A stretch of DNA of 62,987 nucleotides, the filler included, from Octopus bimaculoides (Eukaryota): the NCBI RefSeq assembly GCF_001194135.2. It is 7 parts of 7 records of this genome, joined end to end, with 100 filler letters (N's around TTAATTAATTAA, not from the genome) between each part and the next. Parts side by side here need not be neighbours in the genome. Positions count along the whole stretch, not along the records: positions 23,872 to 35,775 come from NC_069004.1; positions 35,876 to 53,468 come from NC_068994.1; 5 more parts are not named here. One strand, given 5' to 3'. Made by a program: the position numbers and the translations under genes. How positions within the stretch are numbered: the stretch's first letter is position 1; each line of letters starts with the position of its first letter. Below the pieces are notes generated by a model. It saw only the letters and a program-made list of their open reading frames with translations. It had not been told where the DNA came from and made no database searches. This document shows positions 26,391 to 38,039 of this stretch, piece by piece.

Positions 26391-27199
26391 GTTACCTTCT
26401 TGAGTCATGTCAACCCATAAGGGCTGGTTTCCTGGATTCCATGGCATATATATTCCCCCCCCCCCCCCCCACCTGGACAGGACACCAGTCCATTGCAGAA
26501 TTATTCATTATTGCCTGCTGAGTGGACTGGAGCAATGTAAAATGAAGTATTTTGCTCAAGAACACAACACATCACTCAGTCCAGGAATTGAAACCACGAT
26601 CTTACAGTCATGTGTCCAAACCCCACACACTAAGACATGCACCTCCACTATGCTACAGCTCGATGATTATGTATGTTCGTATGTGTAACTATATGTATAT
26701 GTATGTATATTTGTGTGTGTTTGTGTTTGAATGGGTGTGTATGTTTGAAATAATGAAAATAATTTTACTGATAATTTTTTTCCATTTCAATGATTTGCTG
26801 TTTACATAGCATAGACATGATTTGTAAGCGTCTAACAATTTGTAAACTTCTAACGTTTGAAGTAGAAAAATTTATCAGAAGAGCTATTCTTATTCATTTT
26901 TCTAATATATCTATATAATGTACCAAGATTCTCTATTCCTATTTCTTGTGTGTGTGAGGGGGGAGGGTATTAAATACAGTACCCATTAAATACACTGGAC
27001 CTGGAGGGACTGCAATCCCAGAAGCANNNNNNNNNNNNNNNNNNNNNNNNNNNNNNNNNNNNNNNNNNNNNNNNNNNNNNNNNNNNNNNNNNNNNNNNNN
27101 NNNNNNNNNNNNNNNNNNNNNNNNNNTATATATATATATATATATATATACATTAGAGGAAAAAGGACAACAAAAACCAAGGCAGGATGAGTATCTCAA

Positions 27200-27680
27200 G
27201 TTATTTACAATATTTAAATAGGGTAAAGTGAATTTTAGGTAATTAATTAATTAGTTAATTATTTAATAGATGTCTTACAGCTGTTTCTGGGATATCAATG
27301 ATAGGTTGGTATCTCCACGCACTAGGTGTACCGTCATCAGAGACAAGGTGAGTATGTATGAAAGTTCTAGACAGGGAATTCACAGATTATAAAGGAATAA
27401 AATAGTAGACAGAATAATTAAGAGTAAAACATTAGATAGAAGAATACAGGCGGGGGAATAAAGTTCACCGCTCTCTTCTACAGAGCATGGAGGTTGGTCC
27501 ATATTTCCGTGAAGGTATAGGTCCTTAAGTATAATCCCAGGTAAATCTAGGCAGTATTTTGAATGTTGCGTTACTGTTGAAAGAATACCTTAAGTGGTTA
27601 GCTAGTATGAAAATGGTCCGCGTAGGTATATATAGAGTGAGAAAGACAGACATCATGATAGACAATTATGGGTTGTGAGT
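27200..27680 (-). mobile_element. Decayed Penelope-like element 3' region (GIY-YIG C-terminal remnant plus terminal repeat with hammerhead)
   Basis: Broken frames read FNSNATFKIL...KYGPT..LCRRER*TLFP, resembling the PLE endonuclease C-terminus, followed by the hammerhead motif. Confidence 0.55.
27271..27345 (-). ncRNA. Minimal type I hammerhead ribozyme motif (Penelope-associated)
   Basis: Minus strand: TGTCT-CTGATGA-(46 nt stem II region)-GAAAC-AGCT-GTA^AGACA. Stem I TGTCT/AGACA is 5 bp. Stem III is AC/GT with the palindromic loop AGCT. GUA is the cleavage triplet. Confidence 0.65.
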
Positions 27681-27897
27681 GAGAGACATAAACCACTTTC
27701 TGAAGCAAATTCAAAACAACTGTATTTCACAAATAAAACTTAACCTAATCAACCCATTATTTTGTTGTTTTTACATTTATGACCACCCCCTTTTGGCCTC
27801 CCCATTATCGTCCCAAGTTTCTTCAATGCCCCACCGGCCCGAGGGGGTTAGCAGTACCACCCACTTTGGCAACCGCTGATATAAGCAAAGAACATAC

Positions 27898-28043
27898 CTG
27901 ACAAGTAGTTTTCCCCATGGTCTTCATTTCTCCAGCACAGATATGTTGTTCATTAACATTCGCACCATTTTCTTTGCAGCTCTTCTCGTCAATCAATGGG
28001 ATATCGACATATAGAAGCTTATCTGAGCTGGAACTTTGTAAAC
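27898..28043 (-). CDS. S1 serine protease exon (G-LQSSSSDKLLYVDIPLIDEKSCKENGANVNEQHICAGEMKTMGKTTCQ)
   Basis: Acceptor tttattcttgtctgtag|, donor CAG|gtatgt, 146 nt, phase 1 to 0. Contains the L..V.IP.....C, ICAG and TCQ motifs and ends immediately before the expected GDSGGP. Confidence 0.93.
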
Positions 28044-29166
28044 CTACAGACAAGAATAAATCAATGATTGTTAAACTCTTCAAATTTAGCAAAAATTAAA
28101 GAGCCATTTTGGCGAAATAAATACACANNNNNNNNNNNNNNNNNNNNNNNNNNNNNNNNNNNNNNNNNNNNNNNNNNNNNNNNNNNNNNNNNNNNNNNNN
28201 NNNNNNNNNNNNNNNNNNNNNNNNNNNNNNNNNNNNNNNNNNNNNNNNNNNNNNNNNNNNNNNNNNNNNNNNNNNNNNNNNNNNNNNNNNNNNNNNNNNN
28301 NNNNNNNNNNNNNNNNNNNNNNNNNNNNNNNNNNNNNNNNNNNNNNNNNNNNNNNNNNNNNNNNNNNNNNNNNNNNNNNNNNNNNNNNNNNNNNNNNNNN
28401 NNNNNNNNNNNNNNNNNNNNNNNNNNNNNNNNNNNNNNNNNNNNNNNNNNNNNNNNNNNNNNNNNNNNNNNNNNNNNNNNNNNNNNNNNNNNNNNNNNNN
28501 NNNNNNNNNNNNNNNNNNNNNNNNNNNNNNNNNNNNNNNNNNNNNNNNNNNNNNNNNNNNNNNNNNNNNNNNNNNNNNNNNNNNNNNNNNNNNNNNNNNN
28601 NNNNNNNNNNNNNNNNNNNNNNNNNNNNNNNNNNNNNNNNNNNNNNNNNNNNNNNNNNNNNNNNNNNNNNNNNNNNNNNNNNNNNNNNNNNNNNNNNNNN
28701 NNNNNNNNNNNNNNNNNNNNNNNNNNNNNNNNNNNNNNNNNNNNNNNCCCGTAACTTAGAGGTTCGACAAGAGAGACCGATAGAATATGTACTAGGCTTA
28801 CAAAGAATAAGTCCTGACGTCGATTTGCTCGACAAAAGGCGGTGCTCCAGTATGGCCGCAGTCAAATGACTGAAGCAAGTAAAAGAATAAAAAGACGTAT
28901 ATATATATATATATATATATAAACATATACACACACATACATATGCACATATATACATATAAACATATATATATATACACATACATGTGCACATATGCTC
29001 AGTGAACTCGTATTGAAAATAAATCAAGGACAATACAATTTCTTTATTTCGTTTTCAGATTCAAAGAAAATCGTGATGTTCATATTATGAGAGAAGTAAA
29101 TTTCAATATTACGATGTTCTGGGCATTACTTTATCCATTTTGAGTACACACGTCACTTTGAGTACA

Positions 29167-29384
29167 CAGTAATCCCTCGCCATCTCGCGGTTCACCTATC
29201 GCGGTTTATTATTTAATCTTACATCGATTCCCCCGTGGTGTTGTTTTGCATTTATAACAGAATAAATATGTACAATTTATAAAAATAATAAAATATATAT
29301 ATACAGTACAGTACTGTTTCTAGTTCGCGGATTTTCACTTATCGCGGGTGGAACGTAACACATGTGATAGTCGAGAGATTACTG
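29167..29384. mobile_element. Tigger/pogo-like MITE in a protease intron
   Basis: TIRs CAGTAATCCCTCG...CGAGAGATTACTG followed by TA, plus internal TCGCGG repeats. Confidence 0.75.
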
Positions 29385-29418
29385 TATACTTTAGCAGAGT
29401 ATCATCAGCATCACTTAC

Positions 29419-29550
29419 CGTTAGTCTTGCCCCATCCAGCCGCCTTACAATCACCAATAAACGCTTCATTGGGAGATGCCAGTCGGATCGGCTTTACACA
29501 ATCGCTAAATTTTATTGCCTTTTCCAGAGTTACAATTGCTATGTCGTTCA
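29419..29550 (-). CDS. S1 serine protease exon with catalytic Asp102 (L-NDIAIVTLEKAIKFSDCVKPIRLASPNEAFIGDCKAAGWGKTN)
   Basis: Acceptor tttgtttttactttaag|, donor AACG|gtaagt, 132 nt, phase 1 to 1. Contains the NDIA and C..AGWG motifs. Confidence 0.95.
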
Positions 29551-32517
29551 CTTAAAGTAAAAACAAATTTTGAATTGTTACTTTCGTGTCGTATAATTAT
29601 TTCAAATTCTCGTAATTATTTTTATTATTTTTTTAATGTTTGTCACATTAAATATATTAACACGAACTTAACTGTTGTTTTATCATATGAATGGAATATC
29701 TGAGTGATTATTAAGCTTAGAGAGCAAGAGAAAAGTAGATTAACGACCCGAAACTAACCAAACATTTCTGTTTATCTTAAAAGATTAAGCGGGTGAATAA
29801 TGAGAGCTGAACTAGACCTCTTGTATTCAGCATAGATGGGGAGTTGATAGGGAAAAAAAACGGGAGGAAAGGGCTGAGATCTACTATGAAAGAATCGAAA
29901 GTTTCCCAGAGGTTTTCTGTTACTTTATTCCAGTAGCAGAGTAGGTTCTCATTAAGCAACAAACGAAATTGGAACAGTAATCTAGTTTTTAATTAGTACA
30001 CACGAAGAGGTACATCGAAAGATGAATGTAGTGTAAGGTCAGGGTATACATCTTAAATACTTAATACCAACAAACAAACTCTGAACTACTGCGCATACCA
30101 AAGTGAAATGGGCGTGTGCATACGTGAGTATGAGACAGTAACAGTTGGCTTGCGTGTAGAGGTGTATATATAGATATATACTCAATTGAGTCTGAATATT
30201 GTGCAGTATTAAGCTCTGTAGTCTGTCTCAAGTAATGTTCAATGACGGCGACTGAGGAGAAAAATTTCTATTCTCATTTTGTGGCTTAACGTGAATACTC
30301 CTGGCGATATATGCATATGATTTGGTTGGCATCTTGAAGGAAGTGCAGATACTAAGTGTATCTGGCACAGTTATCATTAATGTTTGCTGTATACAAAGCA
30401 TGTACGATGGGTGCAAAAGACTGTGTTGAATGCATGAAGCCGAGATAACGTTCTCTATACTTACCAAGACCAAAGCGGGGTCGTATACATGAGAGATGAT
30501 AGATGAAAAATGAAAAAGAAGTGCTGAAAGTATAGTTTGTGTTCTTTTTGTTCTTTATTGCATGCCAGGAGAAAATGAATGGCGGTTTTAACCAGTATGA
30601 TCAAGTTAAGCTGTGTAGTGAGTTCGACAGATAGGCCTGCGAACTTTCTGACCAATGCACGACGTGGGTAGTGTTCTATAAACGAAATGTGAAGCAGTAT
30701 AATGTAAACTGTCGCTAAATGAAGCATCCGACAGAAATAATGTCGAGAAGTAAAGGCTACGATAGATACAGAATCAATCTCTAAAAGCATAAGTATGAAG
30801 GTGCATGTGTTGTATTGAATCCATACTAGTATATTGCTTAAGACAATGAGGAAAATGCATTAAAAATCGAATATCTCGAGGAAACGGAAGCAATCGTGCA
30901 AAAACACAGTTACCGAAAACCAGTGAAAATGCAATTGAAAGAAATTACAACCAACAGAACAAACGAAAAGTGAGCTGTTATAACGTTTATGTTTATGAAA
31001 TGCATGCATGTGATGTGTGCAGGTGAGTGCACAAAAGCCGTATTTGTATTCATGTCAAAATACATCTCAGTGCGTGCTCAAACCATGCAGAAGTGAAAAA
31101 GTGTAACAAACAGCATGCAACGTTAATAAATAATAAATGAAAAAAAAAAAAAAAAAAAGCAAAAAAGACTTGATCAAAGCACATACCCCGTTGCAAATGA
31201 AACGAAAATTTAAGGAGATGCAAAAAGAAAGTTTATGGAGAATGTATTGAATATGCAGGTGTCTGCGTGGCATCGAAACGTAGAAGGTCGATCCTGCATA
31301 TCTGAGCGCAAGACCTTATTTCTGTTTACTTTCATGTGGTATTTCGTGTTTTCGGTTGTGTGATCTTAAAGAGTTTGAAGTAATTGTTTTTGAGTGCCAG
31401 ACTTCTTCACGATAGCGTAAGATGCATGATTCCTTAAGTGAGGGCAACNNNNNNNNNNNNNNNNNNNNNNNNNNNNNNNNNNNNNNNNNNNNNNNNNNNN
31501 NNNNNNNNNNNNNNNNNNNNNNNNNNNNNNNNNNNNNNNNNNNNNNNNNNNNNNNNNNNNNNNNNNNNNNNNNNNNNNNNNNNNNNNNNNNNNNNNNNNN
31601 NNNNNNNNNNNNNNNNNNNNNNNNNNNNNNNNNNNNNNNNNNNNNNNNNNNNNNNNNNNNNNNNNNNNNNNNNNNNNNNNNNNNNNNNNNNNNNNNNNNN
31701 NNNNNNNNNNNNNNNNNNNNNNNNNNNNNNNNNNNNNNNNNNNNNNNNNNNNNNNNNNNNNNNNNNNNNNNNNNNNNNNNNNNNNNNNNNNNNNNNNNNN
31801 NNNNNNNNNNNNNNNNNNNNNNNNNNNNNNNNNNNNNNNNNNNNNNNNNNNNNNNNNNNNNNNNNNNNNNNNNNNNNNNNNNNNNNNNNNNNNNNNNNNN
31901 NNNNNNNNNNNNNNNNNNNNNNNNNNNNNNNNNNNNNNNNNNNNNNNNNNNNNNNNNNNNNNNNNNNNNNNNNNNNNNNNNNNNNNNNATATGTACTGTG
32001 ATGGGTCTTTTTCAATTATCCTTGATTGAATACTGTATGTTGGGAACAGTTATTAGGAGAGCGTAATATAACTCCCTCCACCCAAAGCACTTTAAATTGA
32101 CGGGAGTGGAGGACGTCGTGGCACTCTGCAAAATTAGAGCTCAATTCAGCTGTATTTGTAGGCCTCGCTCACGGAAAGTTGGAGTCGGACCACGGAACTA
32201 TCAGGTGAAGGACGGTCGGTACTTTTTGCTTATCTCACCCCCATTAAAAAATTGATTTTATGTGGTGACAAGAGTACATACGTCAGAGTAACACTCAGCT
32301 AGTTAGATTGTAATTCACTGAGTAAATAGCTCAGCTGATCAACCAACAGGTAGGTGTACTCGTAATTGAAACCAATAAAGAAATCATTTACTTTTCCTAT
32401 ATGTATGTAATTGTATATATTTCTATGCGTAAATGTGTGTAAGTGTAGAAATTGAGGGAAAGCAGATGTGGGAGGGAGAGAGAAAGAGAGGCAGAGAGAT
32501 ATACATGCGTAACTTAC

Positions 32518-32642
32518 ATATTGTTGAATTATTTATAGAGAATCCAGGATGTATAGCATATTCTGATACTTTTGCAAACGCTTTTGGAGAATGTATGTCA
32601 AGAAAATCGTATATAACGGTAGCTTTGACTTCATTGCCTTCT
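32518..32642 (-). CDS. S1 serine protease exon (EGNEVKATVIYDFLDIHSPKAFAKVSEYAIHPGFSINNSTI)
   Basis: Acceptor tgtttctctag|A, donor ATAT|gtaagt, 125 nt, phase 2 to 1, matching both neighbouring exons. Has the typical 'IHPGF' segment preceding Asp102. Confidence 0.9.
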
Positions 32643-33559
32643 CTAGAGAAACATATTAATATATATATATATATGTATATGCGTGTGAAAGCGACAGACA
32701 AACAGAGAGTGGGTGTGTATACATACATACTATTATGGAGAAAGCTGTTTATTAATTAGGCGTGTAACAATTACTAAAAGTACTAAAAGAAAGCAATTAT
32801 TAAAAGGTTGACCGTCTGGAAATATTTTTATAAATTCATCTTCTAAGAAATTTCCTATAATTTGGATTTCTCAAGTTTATTGAACTTTTTTAACTCCAAT
32901 GTCTCGCAAATTTAAATATTCACTGCGTCCAATTCATAACAACTTTAAATATTCATTGCATTCTCTGCGGAGTATTCCATTTTCATTTGCAAAGACTCAC
33001 TTTCTCTTTTAAGTTTTAATTCACCGTTATTGTATACGTAATGTAAAAACGTTATTCATTGAATGAAAATTTTTTGAAAATACCCGTATGACTTTTGAAC
33101 GCGGAACAGCTGTGAGAAGAGTCTAGAAAGTTGGGTAATTACTATTTGAAGACGAGGAGAAAAATAATTAAAAAGTTACCGACAAGTACTCGAAACTTGC
33201 ACCTTATTCACAGTTTACAAACACAACTTCAACGGTGACACACACAGACTCGCGCACACATGTAGATACACATACACACAAATGTAAGGCAATAAAACTC
33301 ATAGCGCATGACTTTGACAGATTTACACATTGTATGTTCACATATAGCGCGAAAGTAAACGGACGCACTTCATGATACCGCTTTGTGGAAGATCAGCAGT
33401 CGCCCATGAAAATAAAGTGTCTTGCTCAGGAACGCAACACAGAACCCGGTTTGGGAATTGAACTCACAACCTCATGACTGAAAGTCTGATACTCTAACCT
33501 CTAAGCCTCCAGACGTACGCACACACACACATACATACTTGCACATATATACACATGTA

Positions 33560-33900
33560 GAGTAAAGACCCCTTTCGGTCACGTATGAATATGGGATTGT
33601 ACCTAGGAAGTTCCTCTCCAAAGCACAAGAATGGGGAAGGTTGTTTTGTGGAAGGCCAGCAGTCGCCCATGCATACCAACCTCCCCTCTCCACACCATCG
33701 ATGTTGTCCAAAGGAAAGACAAAGACCGATGTAGCTTGGCACCAGGGACGTCGCAACTCATTTTTGCAGCTGAGTGAACTGAACAACGTGAAATAGACTA
33801 TCTTATGCTCAAGAACACAACATACAACCCAGTCCGAGAATCGAACTCACAACCTCACGATTTTAAGCTCAACATTCTAACCGCTGAATCATGCGCTATC
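33560..33900 (-). mobile_element. tRNA-headed SINE, family C
   Basis: The minus-strand head carries A/B boxes (GATTCAGCGGTTAGA...GAGTTCGATTCTC) followed by GTTCTTGAGCA. Related copies at about 26420-26650, 33360-33500, 39350-39680 and 46540-46730. Confidence 0.75.
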
Positions 33901-33934
33901 TAACTAAATGCTATATTATGTATCTAAATACATC

Positions 33935-34365
33935 GGATGCCAAGCAGCTGACTCCCAAAGATGGTCTTCTTAAGTGAGATCGGGACTAAGGATAGGCCGC
34001 ATGGACATCCAAAATTTCGTGATCATTTCAAGCGGTCTCTCATCTTATGCGGTGTCCCTCCCAGTCGGTTGGAGACCTTGGCTGTAAATCGGAAGACTTG
34101 GAAGTCCGTGTAAGACGCTGGAGTTGAGCGCTTTGAAACCAAACACAGGAGACAACATGAAGAGACGAGGAGACGTCGTTATCATCAACCCCTGTGGTTG
34201 TTGTTCGGAGTCACTTTCAGTGCCCTCAGTACCTCAGGGATCGACCTATGTCTCGTTTCGGCCTTATCAGCCACGTCCGCTACCGTGAGAAGCAATGTGT
34301 TGGGGGCGGAGGAGGATGAACATCCATAATGGATCGATGCTGAAATTGCCTTTGATGGGTCGTCA
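33935..34365 (+). mobile_element. RTE-clade LINE 3' fragment
   Basis: RMP...LPK...RDHFKRSL..CGV...LETLAVNRKTWKS...GVERFE...SRFGLISHVR, the RTE C-terminus with a degenerate zinc finger. Confidence 0.75.
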
Positions 34366-34850
34366 AGAAGAAACACTAAAACATTATTTTGTTTCCACAA
34401 ATAAATATTTCACAAATGAAGGCGTCTATTTACATTTGAGATGACGGTGTACATTAAATTTGAAAGGCACCACACATAGTGTCTTCCTAATTTAGAAGTC
34501 TTAATCATTTACAAAATTATGCATAAATTTTCATGCATAACACTAGCATGTTATTTTAAATATGCAATAATTGAAATTTATAATTTTAGTACGGATAGGC
34601 ATTGCACTACCTTGTTTAATCAAGCAGCAGCAGGCAGTACATTCCTGGCCCAGGATGAGTTTTAATATTTCAAAGAAATATATAGGGTAAGTGGTAGATA
34701 CAGAAATAGATTGAGAGATAGATAAACAGGTGGGAAACGGGTAGAAAGATAGGGAGACAAACAGGAAAACCGGCAAGAAAACAGACAGGTAAGTAGATGG
34801 ATGGACAAACAGACAAGCAGGCAGGCAGACTGAGAGACAGACAGACAAAT

Positions 34851-34950
<100 letters not shown>

Positions 34951-35225
34951 GAAGACAGACAGACAGACAGATACATACATACATACATACATACATACAT
35001 ACATAGCCAGTATTAACAAATTAACAACATTATTAGTCATACTATAACCAGTCGCGGTAAGTCAATGTACCAATCGCCTTTTCGCTGGCAATCGTGCCAG
35101 GTAGATGCTGAATAAATAAATTTATAAATAAATAAATATAGTAATAAATAAATATATTAATAAATCATATTATTTAATTTAACTAGTTAATTAAATTAAT
35201 TAATCAATTAATAACAGTTACTTAC

Positions 35226-35388
35226 AAGCAGTGAGCAGCCGTCAAGACGTGTCTCGCGTCTATGAAAGAACCGCTGCAGAGGAAACCCTGCGCACCTCTT
35301 TTCACATAAACTACTGCGATGTAAGGGATTTCACACTTCTTGGCAGCAGTTCCTCCTATTATGTGGTGGAGCTTTCTGGCATGGACAT
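35226..35388 (-). CDS. S1 serine protease exon: end of pre/propeptide, mature N-terminus and catalytic His (VHARKLHH-IIGGTAAKKCEIPYIAVVYVKRGAQGFLCSGSFIDARHVLTAAHC)
   Basis: Acceptor ttcctttcttatag|, donor TGCTT|gtaagt, 163 nt, phase 1 to 2. Contains the IIGG, CSGS and LTAAHC motifs. Not in the ORF track. Confidence 0.95.
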
Positions 35389-35883
35389 CTATAAGAAAGG
35401 AACAACTGGCTTATTGTTATAAAGCATCTGATATGCAAGAAGGCACAAAGCATGTATTGCACACACACACACACAGGTAGTCAGAGACACACAGACACAC
35501 AAACACATATAACATACACACACATGCGCATAGACGCATTCATATACATGCACATTTATATACACAGACACATGCAGAGAGATACACCTAAATACATAAT
35601 GTGCACATATACAGATATAGTTATTTAATGTGTGTGTATAATTGTACCAGGGACCTATAATCCTTTAAGGGATGCTAGCATCCTAGTTCTCCGGTTTATA
35701 CCAGTGTTCAATGAAAACTAAATATATTAGTTTTACATTTATATATATATATATTATATATATATATATATATATNNNNNNNNNNNNNNNNNNNNNNNNN
35801 NNNNNNNNNNNNNNNNNNNTTAATTAATTAANNNNNNNNNNNNNNNNNNNNNNNNNNNNNNNNNNNNNNNNNNNNATATATAT

Positions 35884-35932
<49 letters not shown>

Positions 35933-36305
35933 ATACACATATATATATATTTCACCTTTTTCCCTTTTCAACCTCCTGTTCTTAACAGACAAACAAAAAA
36001 AAACACATGTGCCTGTCCGGTCAAGCCATACGTCTGCTGCTGCATATGAATGGTAAGAAGCCTGCTAACACCAACTACCACTTCCCTACCAACAACCACC
36101 ATCACCACCCTTCTCCACTCCTTTCTATTTTCTCCTTATATATTATATTATACATATATATATATATTAATATCGTATTTTTTTAACTTATCTTAAACCT
36201 ATCTATCTCTTTGTATGTACATACATATATATATATTTATGTGTGTGACCCTCTGTATGTATGTATATGTGTAGATATATATGAATATCTATCTATCTAT
36301 CTATC

Positions 36306-36361
<56 letters not shown>

Positions 36362-37346
36362 CACACACACACACATACACATACATATATACACTCACAT
36401 ATAATCACAATCCTCTATTATTTTGGCAGCTATCACAATTACTAAGTTCCTGTTGGCCATTTCTTTTTTCCTCTGTCAAAATTGCTAGAAAATTATTTTT
36501 AGTTACAAAGCTTATATTTGCAGCTATGAGAATTCAATGGCTCTTGTGATGTATAACACACGTTTCACTCAAAGCCAACTCTGATTTCCTTCACATATAA
36601 AATGACATGTCTACCATATCATAATCACTTACACTGGCACACAAATATTATATATATATATATNNNNNNNNNNNNNNNNNNNNNNNNNNNNNNNNNNNNN
36701 NNNNNNNNNNNNNNNNNNNNNNNNNNNNNNNNNNNNNNNNNNNNNNNNNNNNNNNNNNNNNNNNNNNNNNNNNNNNNNNNNNNNNNNNNNNNNNNNNNNN
36801 NNNNNNNNNNNNNNNNNNNNNNNNNNNNNNNNNNNNNNNNNNNNNNNNNNNNNNNNNNNNNNNNNNNNNNNNNNNNNNNNNNNNNNNNNNNNNNNNNNNN
36901 NNNNNNNNNNNNNNNNNNNNNNNNNNNNNNNNNNNNNNNNNNNNNNNNNNNNNNNNNNNNNNNNNNNNNNNNNNNNNNNNNNNNNNNNNNNNNNNNNNNN
37001 NNNNNNNNNNNNNNNNNNNNNNNNNNNNNNNNNNNNNNNNNNNNNNNNNNNNNNNNNNNNNNNNNNNNNNNNNNNNNNNNNNNNNNNNNNNNNNNNNNNN
37101 NNNNNNNNNNNNNNNNNNNNNNNNNNNNNNNNNNNNNNNNNNNNNNNNNNNNNNNNNNNNNNNNNNNNNNNNNNNNNNNNNNNNNNNNNNNNNNNNNNNN
37201 NNNNNNNNNNNNNNNNNNNNNNNNNNNNNNNNNNNNNNNNNNNNNNNNNNNNNAAAGTGAATATTGTTTCCTGCTCCTGAAAATGGTCATGTTTTATGTA
37301 TAGTTTTTTTGATGGGGAGTTTATTTTTTTCTTCTTGCAGTTGGTT

Positions 37347-37381
<35 letters not shown>

Positions 37382-37429
37382 GAGCATAATGATGTTGGTG
37401 ATGTTTATTCTAATATTTTTCCTTTTAAA

Positions 37430-37642
37430 GGCGGAGAGCTGGCAAAAAACGTTAACACACCGAGCGAAATGCTTAGCAGTATTTCATCTGTCTTTACGTT
37501 GAGTTCAAATTCCGCCAAGGTCGACTTTGCCTTTCATCCTTTCGGAGTCGATAAATTAAGTACCAGTTGCATACTGGGGTCAATCTAATTGACTGCCTCC
37601 CTCCCCTAAAATTTCAGGCCTTGTGTCTAGAGTAGAAAAGAA
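37430..37642 (+). mobile_element. tRNA-derived SINE, family A (full copy)
   Basis: GGCGGAGAGCTGGCA...GAGTTCAAATTCC (B box)...TTTGCCTTTCATCC...GGCCTTGTGTCTAGAGTAGAAAAG. Related copies at about 4372-4578(-), 5765-5901(-), 6863-7020(-), 10360-10500(-), 10880-11050(-), 22230-22410(+), 38878-39068(+), 44530-44660(+), 44765-44980(+), 48476-48685(+), 48766-48890(+), 50250-50460(+), 58643-58850(-). Confidence 0.85.
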
Positions 37643-37948
37643 TATTTTTTCATTTAAGTTGTAGCCATACTTTATATATGAAAATATGAATATGAGTCTA
37701 TATATATATATATACATTTATAACATTTATAACACAAGCTGTTGGAATAGAAAGGCTTTAATCCAAATCCCAGCTGATTTGGATTAAAGTATGTCCATTG
37801 AATCTTATATTATAATTTTTTATTATATGAATTCTGTGTTCACTAACAGTTTTACACACGCACATACACACACATACACACACTCACACACACACATATA
37901 TATATGTATATACATACATACATACACACACATATATATATGTATATA

Positions 37949-37984
<36 letters not shown>

Positions 37985-38005
37985 CACATACATACATACA
38001 TACAT

Positions 38006-38039
<34 letters not shown>

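Noticed and set aside
23327-27898. Splicing of the protease TCQ exon (phase 0) onto the homeodomain/UBL exon (phase 0)
   Set aside because: Phase-compatible, but it would join a secreted protease lacking Ser195 to a nuclear-type domain across the CPOX exon. A closer donor exists at 23468. Not supportable without transcripts.
30565-30678. Possible minus-strand terminal exon with AATAAA inside a protease intron
   Set aside because: All frames are short and unrecognisable, and such signals are expected by chance in AT-rich DNA.
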